Shown here: piece by piece, positions 51,371 to 61,500 of the stretch
Position numbering within the stretch: position 1 is the stretch's first letter
How the letters are laid out: each line of letters begins with the position of its first letter
Assembly (NCBI GenBank): GCA_036507075.1
Contig: DASXQR010000004.1
Coordinates: 1-64,000, forward strand
Origin: Acidobacteriota bacterium
GTDB lineage: Bacteria > Acidobacteriota > UBA6911 > JACQSX01
DNA: 64,000 nucleotides
Reading direction: 5' to 3'
Notes under the pieces: generated by a model
The model's input: the letters and a program-made list of their open reading frames with translations, nothing else
The model's database searches: none
Told to the model about the DNA's origin: nothing
Position numbers and translations under genes: made by a program

Positions 51371-52126
51371 ATGGACGAAGATGTGCTGACGCGCCGCGGG
51401 TTCCTGCTGACGCGCCGCGGGTTCCTGGGCTTGATCGGGAGCGCATGCTGTTTGTTTGGAGAAGTTGTGGGTGCGGGCAAAAATCTGGTGCAGGCAAGGG
51501 CTGCTGTGGACCATCTGCTGCTGGGGGCGGCGGATTTGGATCGGGGGATTGAGTGGGTGGAAAAGTTGACCGGGATGAAGGCGGTCAGAGGCGGGAGCCA
51601 CCCGGGAGTGGGGACGCGCAATGCGCTCATTTCGCTGGGCGGCAGGCGGTATCTGGAAATTATCGCGCCGGATCCGGCTCAGGCTGCTTACAACTTTCCA
51701 ATTGATGTGCGCGCGCTTGCCGAGCCGCGGTTGATTACGTGGGCGGCAGCGACAAGTGATATCACCGCTGTTGCAAAGAATGCCCATGAGGCGGGCCAGC
51801 AGATCCTTGGACCTCGCGACGGCACTCGAGCAAGACCGGACGGGAAGGTGCTCCAGTGGAAGAGTCTGGGAGTGATGAACAAGTTCGGGATGCAGGGTGT
51901 CGAGCCGATTCCGTTTTTTATCCAATGGGCTGCCGATTCGCCGCATCCCTCGCAGGATTCGCCGAAAGGGTGCGAGCTTCAGTCGTTTGAAATCGAACAT
52001 CCGGATCCGGCAGGCGTCAGCGAGGCGCTGAAGAAGCTTGGTATCGGGGCCAAGGTCAGGCGGGCGGGAAAAGCGGCGCTGAAGGCGACGGTTAAGACGC
52101 CGAGGGGCCGAGTGAAGTTGGGGTGA
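51371..52126 (+). CDS. VOC/glyoxalase-like domain protein with Tat signal
   Basis: VDHLL, GGSHPGVGT.NAL, YLEIIAPDP, PFFIQW; duplicated LTRRGFL. Confidence 0.88.
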   Translation: MDEDVLTRRGFLLTRRGFLGLIGSACCLFGEVVGAGKNLVQARAAVDHLLLGAADLDRGIEWVEKLTGMKAVRGGSHPGVGTRNALISLGGRRYLEIIAPDPAQAAYNFPIDVRALAEPRLITWAAATSDITAVAKNAHEAGQQILGPRDGTRARPDGKVLQWKSLGVMNKFGMQGVEPIPFFIQWAADSPHPSQDSPKGCELQSFEIEHPDPAGVSEALKKLGIGAKVRRAGKAALKATVKTPRGRVKLG

Positions 52127-52299
52127 GGAGCCGACTCTGACGGGCTGTAGGCGGACACGCTTTGTTCACCGCAGAGGCGCAAAAAATGCCGAGGTCGCGC
52201 GGAGAGTCGATAGGAACTCTGCGAAGCTTGGTGTTCTCCGCGGCTCTGCGGTGAAAGCAAGTGGCGAATCAGCAGCCTGAGGGTCCGCTTGCTTGCTTA

Positions 52300-52410
52300 C
52301 CCGGATTATTCATAAATCTTCACCGCCAAGAACGCTAAGAGCGCCAAGATAGCGCGCTGGTCTTAGCGTTCTTGGCGCTCTTCGCGGTTAAAGTTTATGA
52401 ATAATCCGGG
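52300..52410. mobile_element. 111-bp MITE-like element with 17-bp perfect TIRs
   Basis: CCCGGATTATTCATAAA ... TTTATGAATAATCCGGG enclosing a periodic hairpin and splitting a REP-like palindrome. Confidence 0.85.
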
Positions 52411-52435
52411 CTTCCGCGCGCGGCCCCGAGGCGCT

Positions 52436-53239
52436 TTACTCCACCTTCAGTCCCAGCTTCTTGATCATCTCCTTCTGCTTTGCGGTCCAGGTGCCGGACA
52501 TGTCGGCAAACTGGGCCAGTAATTCCTGACGATCGTACATTCCTTTCGTCGTATGGAAGAATTTCACGTTGGCCTGATGCCCGGAAAGGTCCCACTTCTT
52601 TCCAAGCTCCTTGTCGTGATACTTGAACGTTACGTTGTCGACATAATGGATGGTGTTGCCCCACTGGTCGACAGCCGGCACCGTGGACACGGGTTTTCCC
52701 TGTTTGTCCAGCTTCAATACGGCCTGCTCTTCCAGGATTCCGGGAATAGTAACAGTGAATACCTTCTTTGCCGGTTCGTCGGTTTGCTTAAAATCGATGG
52801 CAACGACCTTGGCGGATCCCATTTTGACCGGCATGCCTTTTCCGAACATAAACTTCAGCATCTCAGTGTAGGCCTTGCGCTGTTCGGGAGTCGTGGTCTT
52901 ATCGAAGTAAGCTGTCGCATAGGTTCGGCTCTGATCCGAATCCAGAAGATCACCCACGACCACGGCCTTCACGCCATCCAGTTTGATTTTTCCAAAGTGG
53001 CCGTGCTTGATATAAGCGAAATCGGCCGCCTCACAAGTGTGATGCGTCGGATGACCGTTTGACCGGCAGGGACACCCGTATGCCGGGCACTGACACATGG
53101 TGAAGCCAATACCCTCTACTTCAAAGTCAGGAATAGAAGGCGCACTCGCCGCCGTCTTGGAACTCATTTGCGAACCAGAAAACGCGAATGCCGCCGCGCA
53201 CGCAAGAACCAGCGCCGCACTCAAGTAGCGTATCTTCAT
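52436..53239 (-). CDS. DUF1326-like metal-binding protein with signal peptide
   Basis: C.C...GCPC......T...C followed by I..G.FG...LDG; GGAGG RBS. Confidence 0.8.
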   Translation of the reverse strand: MKIRYLSAALVLACAAAFAFSGSQMSSKTAASAPSIPDFEVEGIGFTMCQCPAYGCPCRSNGHPTHHTCEAADFAYIKHGHFGKIKLDGVKAVVVGDLLDSDQSRTYATAYFDKTTTPEQRKAYTEMLKFMFGKGMPVKMGSAKVVAIDFKQTDEPAKKVFTVTIPGILEEQAVLKLDKQGKPVSTVPAVDQWGNTIHYVDNVTFKYHDKELGKKWDLSGHQANVKFFHTTKGMYDRQELLAQFADMSGTWTAKQKEMIKKLGLKVE

Positions 53240-53478
53240 ACTTGTCCTCCAATGGTAGGCTGTTTGATTGGTGACGGTATATATCCCATCGTGGCGGTCT
53301 GCGCAAGCGTATCCGTGAAAATTCGGGCCAAGGGATGTTAACTGCGGATGCGGACACATTCTGTCCACCACAAAGACACAAAGGCACCAGGATCTTAGTG
53401 TCCTTTGTGTCTTTGTGGTGAAAAACAAACGGTCGATCCTTCTTTTTCCTCTTTCCCATCCATTGATACTCTTATTCC

Positions 53479-55815
53479 ATGGAAACCAGAGCTCTTACAT
53501 CGACTCGAATCGCGCGTTCAGCCTTGCAAAGCAGGCAGGATTCAATGCACTCAGGCAGAAGGGCGCCGGCCCGGACCTTCGCCTTGATCCTCGTTTTCCT
53601 TGCCTTGTTGCCCGGCAATGTTCTGCCGGCAAATCAAACACTCCAGGATCCCGCTCCTGCCCATCCCCGCGTGGCATTGGTCCTGGGCGGCGGCGGAGCG
53701 CGGGGAGGAGCACACATCGGAGTCCTGCGGGAACTGGAAAAGGCCGGCGTGCCGATCGATCTGATCGTGGGAACCAGCTACGGGGCACTCGTGGGAGGCT
53801 TATATTCGGCCGGCTATTCGACCGAAGACATGGAGTTGATCATTCGATCCATTGACTGGACCAGGATTCTCAGCAACGCCCCGCAGCGCAAATTTCTCGA
53901 TTTCAATAACAAGACCCGCGACAATCGCAAGCTGCTCGACCTGCACTTCAAGAAGTTTGACTTGCAGCTTCCCATCGGGCTGCAGGCGGGTCAGATGGTT
54001 CAGCAAGTACTTGATCGTCTCACCGCCCAGACGGTTCTCGAGGCTGAAAACAATTTCGACAAGCTTCCCACTGCCTTTCGCGCCGTCGCAACCGACATCC
54101 TGAAGGGCAAACCTCACGTATTTCAGCGCGGATCGCTGTCGGGCGCAATTCGCGCAAGCATCGCCATTCCAGGCCTGTTTACGCCGGTCGAATTCAATGA
54201 CACGCTGCTGGTGGACGGCGGAATCACCAACAATCTCCCCGTCGACGTGGCGCTGGCCAGCGGCGCACAGGTAGTGATTGCCGTCGACGTTTCCACGCCT
54301 CTGAGAACCCGAAAGGAGCAGTTCGAATCTTTTGTCGATGTTTTCGATCAAATCATCGGATTGCGAATAGAGGAAGATTCACAGACAAAACGAAAGGAAG
54401 CGCACGTTCTCATCCGGCCGCAAATCGAGTCTGTCGAGCCGACTGATTTTTTAAAGTCCGCCGGGCTTGTGGGAAACGGCGCCAGTGCCGCCATTGCGGC
54501 ATTGCCCGGGATCACACGGATTCTTCACGCCAGAGCCATTCAATTGCAGGAACCAAGGAAAAGAATTCCGCTTCTAGGGTCGTCGACTTTCGATCCTGAC
54601 AAGTTTCAATTACCGAAGAAGGTGGTCGTGCCCGATGCTGTCAAAGTTGAAGGAGTCCAAGAATATCCGCCGCACTTTGTTAGGGAACGGGTCTCCGCTT
54701 CGCCCGGGAAACCTTCATCCATTGAGTCGATCGACCGGGATGTGTCGACTCTGTACGCGACCGGGTTATTTGAAGGCGCCGGCTACACACTGGAGAAGGA
54801 AGACAAAACCATGCTCACCTACAAGGTGAAGGAAAATCCGCCTATCAAGCTCGGCTTTGGCCTGCGCTATGACCCGGATTATGACCTGAGCACCATGGTT
54901 GATTTGATTGACCATAAGTTTGTCAGCGCCGGCACAGAACTGTTCTTCCGTGGCCTGATGGGCAACGCCAAGGATTTTCAGCTTGGATTGAACAGACGCG
55001 TTTTCGGCAAAGAGCTTAGCCTTTCCCCGCAGGTTCATTACCGCTCGCACCAAAGGCTTATTTTCGGCAATGCAAACAAGTTCGGTGATTTTCAGGACCA
55101 GAGATACGGGGTGGAAACATCCCTGCAACACCTGCTGGGAAACGCAGGGCGAATCGAGGTTGGGTATGGATGGGAGCTTGTGGATATCGACAGAGGCTCG
55201 GGCCTTTTTTACCAGCGCTCTCCAAAGCTTCTTGGCCGCGCAAGATTTCAGGCACAGTTGGATACAGTGGATGATTTTGACTTTCCAAGCAGCGGCTCAT
55301 TGGGACAGATTGAGCTTGACTGGTACGATCGGAGCCTCGGAGGTGATTTCTCCTTTCGCCGAAGCGGCGCCTCGGTGGCTCATTATTTGACCTTCGATTC
55401 TGCCAATACCATCGGCCTTTCCGCCGCCGCGGGACGAATTCACGGGAGCGCGCCTTTCTATGAGCTGTTTTACACGGGGGGTGCCCGGAACTTGAGCTTT
55501 TCCTCGAATCGATTTCCGGGATTGAACCGGGACGAGGTCGTTGCCAGGGAGCTGGCCGTGGCAGCCCTTTCGTTTCGCCACACTGTCAAGCGCTTCAAGT
55601 CGGGAGCCGCCAGGGCGATTCATGTCGGCTTCGACTATCATGGCGGATGGTTCGATCCGATCGCGCAGCAGCAGAAATCCGGACGCTCCATTCATGGATT
55701 TGATGTTGCGTTTTACATCGATACACGATTTTTCGGCCCGTTCCGCCTGGAGCTTGGAAGCACCCAACGCGGCGGCTTGAAGGCCTACTTTTCCATCGGG
55801 CACCTGTTGCCGTGA
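53479..55815 (+). CDS. Patatin-like phospholipase with POTRA and BamA/Omp85-type barrel (PlpD-like)
   Basis: GGGGARG, GTSYG, ASIAIPG.F, DGG; POTRA-like segment (LYATGLFE); barrel ending YFSIG. Start may be 53545. Confidence 0.9.
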   Translation: METRALTSTRIARSALQSRQDSMHSGRRAPARTFALILVFLALLPGNVLPANQTLQDPAPAHPRVALVLGGGGARGGAHIGVLRELEKAGVPIDLIVGTSYGALVGGLYSAGYSTEDMELIIRSIDWTRILSNAPQRKFLDFNNKTRDNRKLLDLHFKKFDLQLPIGLQAGQMVQQVLDRLTAQTVLEAENNFDKLPTAFRAVATDILKGKPHVFQRGSLSGAIRASIAIPGLFTPVEFNDTLLVDGGITNNLPVDVALASGAQVVIAVDVSTPLRTRKEQFESFVDVFDQIIGLRIEEDSQTKRKEAHVLIRPQIESVEPTDFLKSAGLVGNGASAAIAALPGITRILHARAIQLQEPRKRIPLLGSSTFDPDKFQLPKKVVVPDAVKVEGVQEYPPHFVRERVSASPGKPSSIESIDRDVSTLYATGLFEGAGYTLEKEDKTMLTYKVKENPPIKLGFGLRYDPDYDLSTMVDLIDHKFVSAGTELFFRGLMGNAKDFQLGLNRRVFGKELSLSPQVHYRSHQRLIFGNANKFGDFQDQRYGVETSLQHLLGNAGRIEVGYGWELVDIDRGSGLFYQRSPKLLGRARFQAQLDTVDDFDFPSSGSLGQIELDWYDRSLGGDFSFRRSGASVAHYLTFDSANTIGLSAAAGRIHGSAPFYELFYTGGARNLSFSSNRFPGLNRDEVVARELAVAALSFRHTVKRFKSGAARAIHVGFDYHGGWFDPIAQQQKSGRSIHGFDVAFYIDTRFFGPFRLELGSTQRGGLKAYFSIGHLLP

Positions 55816-55837
55816 GCATTCTAAAGATGTGAAAGAG

Positions 55838-55916
55838 TTCACCACAGAGACACAGCCCGGCAGAGCCGCAAGCAAACGCGTCATCGGTCATTAGTCACTG
55901 GTCATTAGTTAAAGAA
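55838..55916 (+). repeat. GCCGCAA-type end followed by GTCATT(A/G) heptamer repeats; second copy at 61501-61577
   Basis: CAAACGCGTCATCGGTCAT(T/C)AGTCA(C/T)TGGTCATTAGTT shared by both copies. Confidence 0.8.
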
Positions 55917-56144
55917 CACATTCTGAACCCCGGATGGGACTTACATTGGCGCGCCACTTCCTTCCGGTCGCGGTTCTGCGGGTGCTGTATGACAATGGGC
56001 CTTTTCGAGATTCTTCTTCACATAACCCGGACAGACCATGGAGAATGCTCGCAGCAGACCTCTGCTTGACACCGACCGCCCGCTGGCTTGAATATGCGGA
56101 CTGGTGGAACCCTGTGGTGTGCGGGCCACTGCAGATCAAAAATT

Positions 56145-56984
56145 ATGGAACGCAGATTATTCCTCTCCCTTACTATCCTGGTCATGCTTGCCGCCGTGCC
56201 TGCTTCCACATCGCACGGCGCTCCTGCGACGCTGCAATTGAACCTGCGATCGCGGGTTGAAACATTCAAAGGCAGCGGCGCCTGGGATGAGATTCTTATT
56301 CAAAAGCGTATTGCCGCTTCAGAGGCCGCGATTGTTATCTGTGATATGTGGGACGACCATTGGTGCCGCGGCGCCGCCGCCCGCTGCGGTGAGCTGGCGC
56401 GCCGGATGGCTCCTGTGGTGAAGGCAGCCCGCGCGCGCGGAGTTCAGATCATACACAGTCCTTCCGATACGATGGATTTCTACCTGCAGTCGCCGCAGCG
56501 GAAAAGGATGATCCTCGCGCACGATCCCGTGCTCCCCCAGCCTGTGCAACTGCCCGATCCACCGCTGCCGATCGATGATTCGGATGGCGGATGCGACACC
56601 CCTGAGAAACCGTGGTATAAGGCCTGGACGCGTCAACATCCCGCCATCGAGATCGCGGATTCCGACGTGCTCTCCGACAAAGGCTCGGAAATCTACCAGT
56701 TCCTCAAGGAACGCGGTACTCGTTACATTCTGTACATGGGAGTGCACACGAACATGTGTGTGCTCAACCGCTCTTTTGCCATCAAACAGATGACCCGGCT
56801 GGGTTTTAAGTGCATTCTGGTTCGGGATCTAACCGACACAATGTACGATCCCAAGGACCGTCCCCATGTCACCCACGAACAGGGCACGGAACTGGTCGTG
56901 CAGCACATCGAGAAATACTGGTGCCCTTCGGTTTTGAGCACCGACATCACATCGGGAGCCAAGTATCAACATCGACCAAAGTAA
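56145..56984 (+). CDS. Secreted isochorismatase/cysteine hydrolase family protein
   Basis: IVICDMWD.HWC, GVHTNMCV, RDLTD. Confidence 0.88.
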   Translation: MERRLFLSLTILVMLAAVPASTSHGAPATLQLNLRSRVETFKGSGAWDEILIQKRIAASEAAIVICDMWDDHWCRGAAARCGELARRMAPVVKAARARGVQIIHSPSDTMDFYLQSPQRKRMILAHDPVLPQPVQLPDPPLPIDDSDGGCDTPEKPWYKAWTRQHPAIEIADSDVLSDKGSEIYQFLKERGTRYILYMGVHTNMCVLNRSFAIKQMTRLGFKCILVRDLTDTMYDPKDRPHVTHEQGTELVVQHIEKYWCPSVLSTDITSGAKYQHRPK

Positions 56985-57030
56985 ATGGGTTTGTCCCTCG
57001 TGTCATCGTGGCTTCGCGGCTCTCAAAAAT

Positions 57031-57152
57031 AGGGACAGACCCCTATTTGGTGGTTAAATGGGGACGGTTAAATGGGGACTGTCCCCTTTTTGGTGGTTAA
57101 ATGGGGACTGTCCCCTTTTTTAACCCTTTTTAAAATGGGGGTCTGTCCCCTT
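57031..57152. repeat. Cluster of GGGGACTGTCCCC-type palindromes
   Basis: Four copies plus TTTGGTGGTTAAATGGGGAC direct repeats between convergent genes. Confidence 0.8.
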
Positions 57153-57171
57153 ATTTAAAAGTTGATTTCAT

Positions 57172-59661
57172 TCAGGAACCCATCAGCGTGTTAGGCACGG
57201 GACGGGCGTTCCAGATTTCGCGCGCGTATTCCTCGATGGTCCGGTCGCTGGAGAATCTGCCGATGTTGGCCACATTCAGGATCGATTTTCGCGTCCAGGC
57301 TTCCCGGTCCTGAAAGGCCGAACTGACGGCGCTTTGGCAGCGAAGGTAGGCCTCAAAATCGGCCAGCAACATGTACTCGTCGCGCTCGAGCAGCGACTCG
57401 ATGACGGGCAAAAACAGATCGCGATTATCGGGCGAGAATTGACCTTGCGCCACTGCATCCACGGCATCCTTCAGTTCCGGACAGCGCTCATAATAAAGCC
57501 TGGGGTTGTATCCCGCGCGCTTCGCTTCCGCCACTTCGGAAGACGTCAGCCCGAAAATGAAGATATTGTCGTCGCCGACTTCCTCCCTTATTTCGATGTT
57601 CGCCCCGTCTAGAGTTCCAATCGTGAGCGCGCCATTCAAAGCAAATTTCATGTTTCCCGTCCCGGACGCCTCCGTGCCGGCGGTTGAAATCTGCTCGGAA
57701 AGATCGGCGGCGGGCATAATCCGTTCCGCCATCGAAACCCCGTAATTGGCCAGAAAACAGATTTTCAGCTTCCCTCCGACCTCGGCATCGCGGTTGACAA
57801 CGTCGGCGACCGAGTTGATCAGCTTCAGAATTAGCTTGGCCATGAAATATCCGGGGGCCGCCTTGCCGGCAAAGATCATCGTGCGCGGCACAAAATGCTC
57901 GCCGGGAGCGGCCTTCAATCGTTGATACAGCGAAATCGCGTGCAGGCAATTAAGCAATTGCCTTTTATATTCATGCAGCCGTTTTACCTGGCAGTCAAAC
58001 ATGGAGGCGAGGTCCGGCTGAACGCCGTTCTCGCGTTGAATGAACTGGGCCAGCCGCCGCTTGTTTTCCATCTTGACGATCCGCCAAGCCAGTCGAAATT
58101 CCGGATCTTCGACCCATTCTGTAAGTCTCTTCAACTGGCAAAGGTCTTTGACCCAGCCATCTCCGATCCGGCCGGAAATCAGATCGGCTAATCCACCATT
58201 GCACTTCAGCAGCCAGCGCCGCTGGGTGATTCCATTGGTCTTGTTGTTGAAGCGCTCCGGAACCAGTTCAAAAAAATCCTTGAGCACCCTGGTCTTCAAC
58301 AGTTCGGTGTGGAGCGCCGCCACTCCGTTGGTTGAGTGGCTTCCCACAACGGCAAGATGGGCCATGCGGACACGCTTCTCTTCGCCTTCCTCGATCAGTG
58401 ACATGCGCTGCAGCCGGGCCGTGTCGCCGGGATATCGCACGGCCACCTGCTTCAGGAAGCGATGATTGATTTCGTAGATGATCTGCAGGTGGCGCGGCAG
58501 CACGGAACCAAGAAGGCTGACCGGCCATTTCTCCAGAGCTTCGGGCAGGATGGTGTGGTTGGTGTAGCCGAAAGTGCGCCCGGTGATATCCCAGGCGCGC
58601 TCCCAATCGATACGCTCGCAATCGACCAGGATCCGCATCAGCTCCGGAATGGCGATGGCCGGGTGCGTGTCGTTGAGCTGAATCGCAACTTTTTCGGGAA
58701 ACAGCTCGAAGTCCTGATGCGATTTTTTGAAGCGGCGGATCACATCCTGCAGGGTCGCCGAGACAAAAAAGTATTCCTGCTTGAGCCGCAATTCCTGACC
58801 GACGAAAAACTTGTCGTTTGGATAGAGGACTTTCGAAATCATCTCGCTTTGACGCTTATCCTCGACGGCCTTGATGTAGTCTCCTTGATTGAAGTAATTC
58901 AAATCGAACTCGCGCGTCGACTTTGCCGCCCACAGCCGCATGTAATTGACCGTATTGTTACGGAAGCCCGGAATCGGCGTGTCATACGCCATGGCCATCA
59001 CATTCTGCGTGTCCAGCCATTCGTTCTGCAGATTGCCGGATGCATCCAGATACTGGTTGACCCGGCCATAGAACCGGACGCTGTACAGGTATTCCGGCCG
59101 CGGAAGTTCCCAGGGATTTTCATACCGCAGCCAATTATCGGGGCTTTCGACCTGATAGCCGTCCACGATTCGCTGAAAGAAAATTCCGTACTCATAGCGC
59201 AGTCCGTATCCGTAAGCGGGCAGCTCCAGGGTTGCCATTGAGTCAAGGAAACAGGCAGCGAGACGTCCCAAGCCTCCATTACCCAGACCGGCATCCCACT
59301 CCATTTCTACCAGTTCCTCCAGATCGAGGCCCAACTCATGCATGGCACGCTCAGATTCCTCGATCAGACCCATGTTGACCAGGCTGTTTCCCAGTGTGCG
59401 GCCCATCAGAAATTCCAGTGACAGATAATAAATGCGCTTGGCGTCGTGCTCGTAGTAGCTTTGCTGCGTGGTGATCCAGCGCTCTACCAGACGGTCGCGT
59501 AACGTGAGGGCGAGACTCTTATAAAGATCGTGGCGCGTGGCCGTGTACTTCCCTTTTGCCAGCGTGCATTCGAGATGATTGACAAAGGATCGCTCCAGAG
59601 ATTCGGCATCGGATGCCAGAACGGTGCTGATGAGTCTTTCGAGTTTTTCTCCTGTCTCCAT
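57172..59661 (-). CDS. glgP: Glycogen/starch phosphorylase
   Basis: [42 protein letters not shown] (PLP lysine), TLDGAN. Confidence 0.98.
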   Translation of the reverse strand: METGEKLERLISTVLASDAESLERSFVNHLECTLAKGKYTATRHDLYKSLALTLRDRLVERWITTQQSYYEHDAKRIYYLSLEFLMGRTLGNSLVNMGLIEESERAMHELGLDLEELVEMEWDAGLGNGGLGRLAACFLDSMATLELPAYGYGLRYEYGIFFQRIVDGYQVESPDNWLRYENPWELPRPEYLYSVRFYGRVNQYLDASGNLQNEWLDTQNVMAMAYDTPIPGFRNNTVNYMRLWAAKSTREFDLNYFNQGDYIKAVEDKRQSEMISKVLYPNDKFFVGQELRLKQEYFFVSATLQDVIRRFKKSHQDFELFPEKVAIQLNDTHPAIAIPELMRILVDCERIDWERAWDITGRTFGYTNHTILPEALEKWPVSLLGSVLPRHLQIIYEINHRFLKQVAVRYPGDTARLQRMSLIEEGEEKRVRMAHLAVVGSHSTNGVAALHTELLKTRVLKDFFELVPERFNNKTNGITQRRWLLKCNGGLADLISGRIGDGWVKDLCQLKRLTEWVEDPEFRLAWRIVKMENKRRLAQFIQRENGVQPDLASMFDCQVKRLHEYKRQLLNCLHAISLYQRLKAAPGEHFVPRTMIFAGKAAPGYFMAKLILKLINSVADVVNRDAEVGGKLKICFLANYGVSMAERIMPAADLSEQISTAGTEASGTGNMKFALNGALTIGTLDGANIEIREEVGDDNIFIFGLTSSEVAEAKRAGYNPRLYYERCPELKDAVDAVAQGQFSPDNRDLFLPVIESLLERDEYMLLADFEAYLRCQSAVSSAFQDREAWTRKSILNVANIGRFSSDRTIEEYAREIWNARPVPNTLMGS

Positions 59662-59736
59662 GGGTCAGGAGAAGAGTTTACCCGCAACAGGACAGAATGG
59701 AAAAAAGTTTCGATCCAGGCGAAGGACCCAAGCCCG

Positions 59737-59929
59737 AAAAAGCCGTCCACGTTCACGTGCACGACCACGTCAACATCCACGATTACGTCCGTCATTAAGG
59801 CACACTGGCGAGTCGCTCCCTAGCGGTCGCGGTATTGATGGATGCCAGGACCGACGACAGGGCAGGTATGGACGTGGCCGTACTCGTGGCTGTTGACGTG
59901 CACGTGAACGTGGCCGTGGACGGCTTTTC
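59737..59929. repeat. Inverted pair of 6-bp-period CACG repeat arms enclosing a REP-like hairpin
   Basis: AAAAGCCGTCCACGTTCACGTGCACG ... CGTGCACGTGAACGTGGCCGTGGACGGCTTTT; internal CGCTCCCTAGCGGTCGCGGT. Confidence 0.75.
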
Positions 59930-60028
59930 TTGCTTCGGGACGGCCACTCTAGGACTCATGGACGTGAACGATTTTCATTTTCTTCAACATTCCGGATACA
60001 ATCTTCAGCCTTTGCCGTAATAACAGGA

Positions 60029-61492
60029 ATGAATCATCGAATTTCGCGGCGTTCTTTTGTCGGGCTGGCGACTGGGGCCACAGCGTTGCTGGTCGACGGG
60101 TTCGATCCACGCGCGCGATCCTGGATCTCCACGGCGGAAGCATTCCCGCGTATGCTTGACGGGCTGCCCAGGCTAGATGGATCGCTGCTGGTTGATGCAG
60201 CCTCGCGCCAGGCATTCGGCGTCGATGTGGGTCGAAATTCCGTGCGCCTTCCGGTGGCCGTGCTGCAGCCCGGATCTGTGCAAGACGTCGTCAGCATCGT
60301 CCACTACGCAAACAAGCACCGCCTCAAAGTCGCCATGCGGGGACAGGCGCATTCCCAGTATGGCCAGAGCCTGGTCGAAGGAGGTGTGCTCATTGATTCG
60401 ACAACGCTTAAGAATCTCCGCCTTGTTGGAAGGGAAAGTGTGAATGCACAAGCCGGCGCGTCCTGGGGCGCCGTCAACGAGCTTACCGTCGCGCAGCAAT
60501 TGACTCCGCTCGTAATGGGGGACACGATGAACCTTTCAGTCGGCGGCATGCTGAGCGTCGGCGGGTGGGGCAACACGAGCCAGCACCACGGAGCCATCGT
60601 CGATACGGTCGACGAGTTGGACGTGGTGACCGGCAGCGGTCAGCGGATGAAGTGTTCGCTGCGCTCAAACGCCGAATTGTTCCAGATGGTCCTGGCCGGC
60701 CTCGGACAATGCGCTCTGATTGTCGGGGCGCGCATCCGGCTGCAATCAGCCCCCAGCCACGTAATCCGGCAGGATCTGGTTTACGATGACCTGGCAGCCT
60801 ACATCGAAGATGCCAACCGCGTGATCCTTGACCGCCGCTTTGACCATCAGAACGCGCAGCTCATCCAGCAGCCCGACGGCCGCTGGCAGGTCCGGTTCAA
60901 CGTCGGGATCTTCCAGACTCTGCCGAAAGCAGCGGATCTGGATGCCCGCCTGGCCGGGCTCCGGTTTAGTTCCAGGTCGGAGCGCACGCAGACGTCTTAC
61001 CGCGATTATCTTTATCGTATGGCGCCCATTCTTGAAGCGCGCCGGGTTGCCGCGTCCGGCTCCCGAAGCGCCTCGGTGGTCATGTTTGTTCCCGCGTCTG
61101 CCGCCGAGAAATTCACCCGGGAAATCCTCTCCACGCCGGCTCTCGTTGACGGTCGCTGGCGGTTTGATTTTGCGCCTCTGAATACGCGGCTTTTCGGGCG
61201 GCCTCTCTTCAAGCTGCCGGACGAAGAGATCATATTTTCGCTCTGGCTGTTCCGAAGCACGCCTGTTAGCGATATGATCACTCACACGGCGCGGCTTGAA
61301 TCCAACCGCGTCCTGCTTGAAAAAATGCGCCGCGTCGGGGGCAAGGCATACCCGCCGTATACTCCCTACACGACCAGTGCTGAGTGGGAAAAACATTACG
61401 GTCCGGCCGTCTGGCAGCGGCTTTCAGAGGCAAAGAAAAAGTTCGACCCGGCAAACATCCTCACTCCGGGGCCCGGGATGTTTTCAACGTAG
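60029..61492 (+). CDS. Tat-exported VAO-family FAD oxidoreductase, cytokinin-dehydrogenase-like
   Basis: SRRSF, RGQAHSQYGQ, LSVGG.LS.GG, VLAGLGQ, W.KHYG..W.....K..FDP.NILTPG. Confidence 0.85.
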   Translation: MNHRISRRSFVGLATGATALLVDGFDPRARSWISTAEAFPRMLDGLPRLDGSLLVDAASRQAFGVDVGRNSVRLPVAVLQPGSVQDVVSIVHYANKHRLKVAMRGQAHSQYGQSLVEGGVLIDSTTLKNLRLVGRESVNAQAGASWGAVNELTVAQQLTPLVMGDTMNLSVGGMLSVGGWGNTSQHHGAIVDTVDELDVVTGSGQRMKCSLRSNAELFQMVLAGLGQCALIVGARIRLQSAPSHVIRQDLVYDDLAAYIEDANRVILDRRFDHQNAQLIQQPDGRWQVRFNVGIFQTLPKAADLDARLAGLRFSSRSERTQTSYRDYLYRMAPILEARRVAASGSRSASVVMFVPASAAEKFTREILSTPALVDGRWRFDFAPLNTRLFGRPLFKLPDEEIIFSLWLFRSTPVSDMITHTARLESNRVLLEKMRRVGGKAYPPYTPYTTSAEWEKHYGPAVWQRLSEAKKKFDPANILTPGPGMFST

Positions 61493-61500
61493 AGGTTTTT

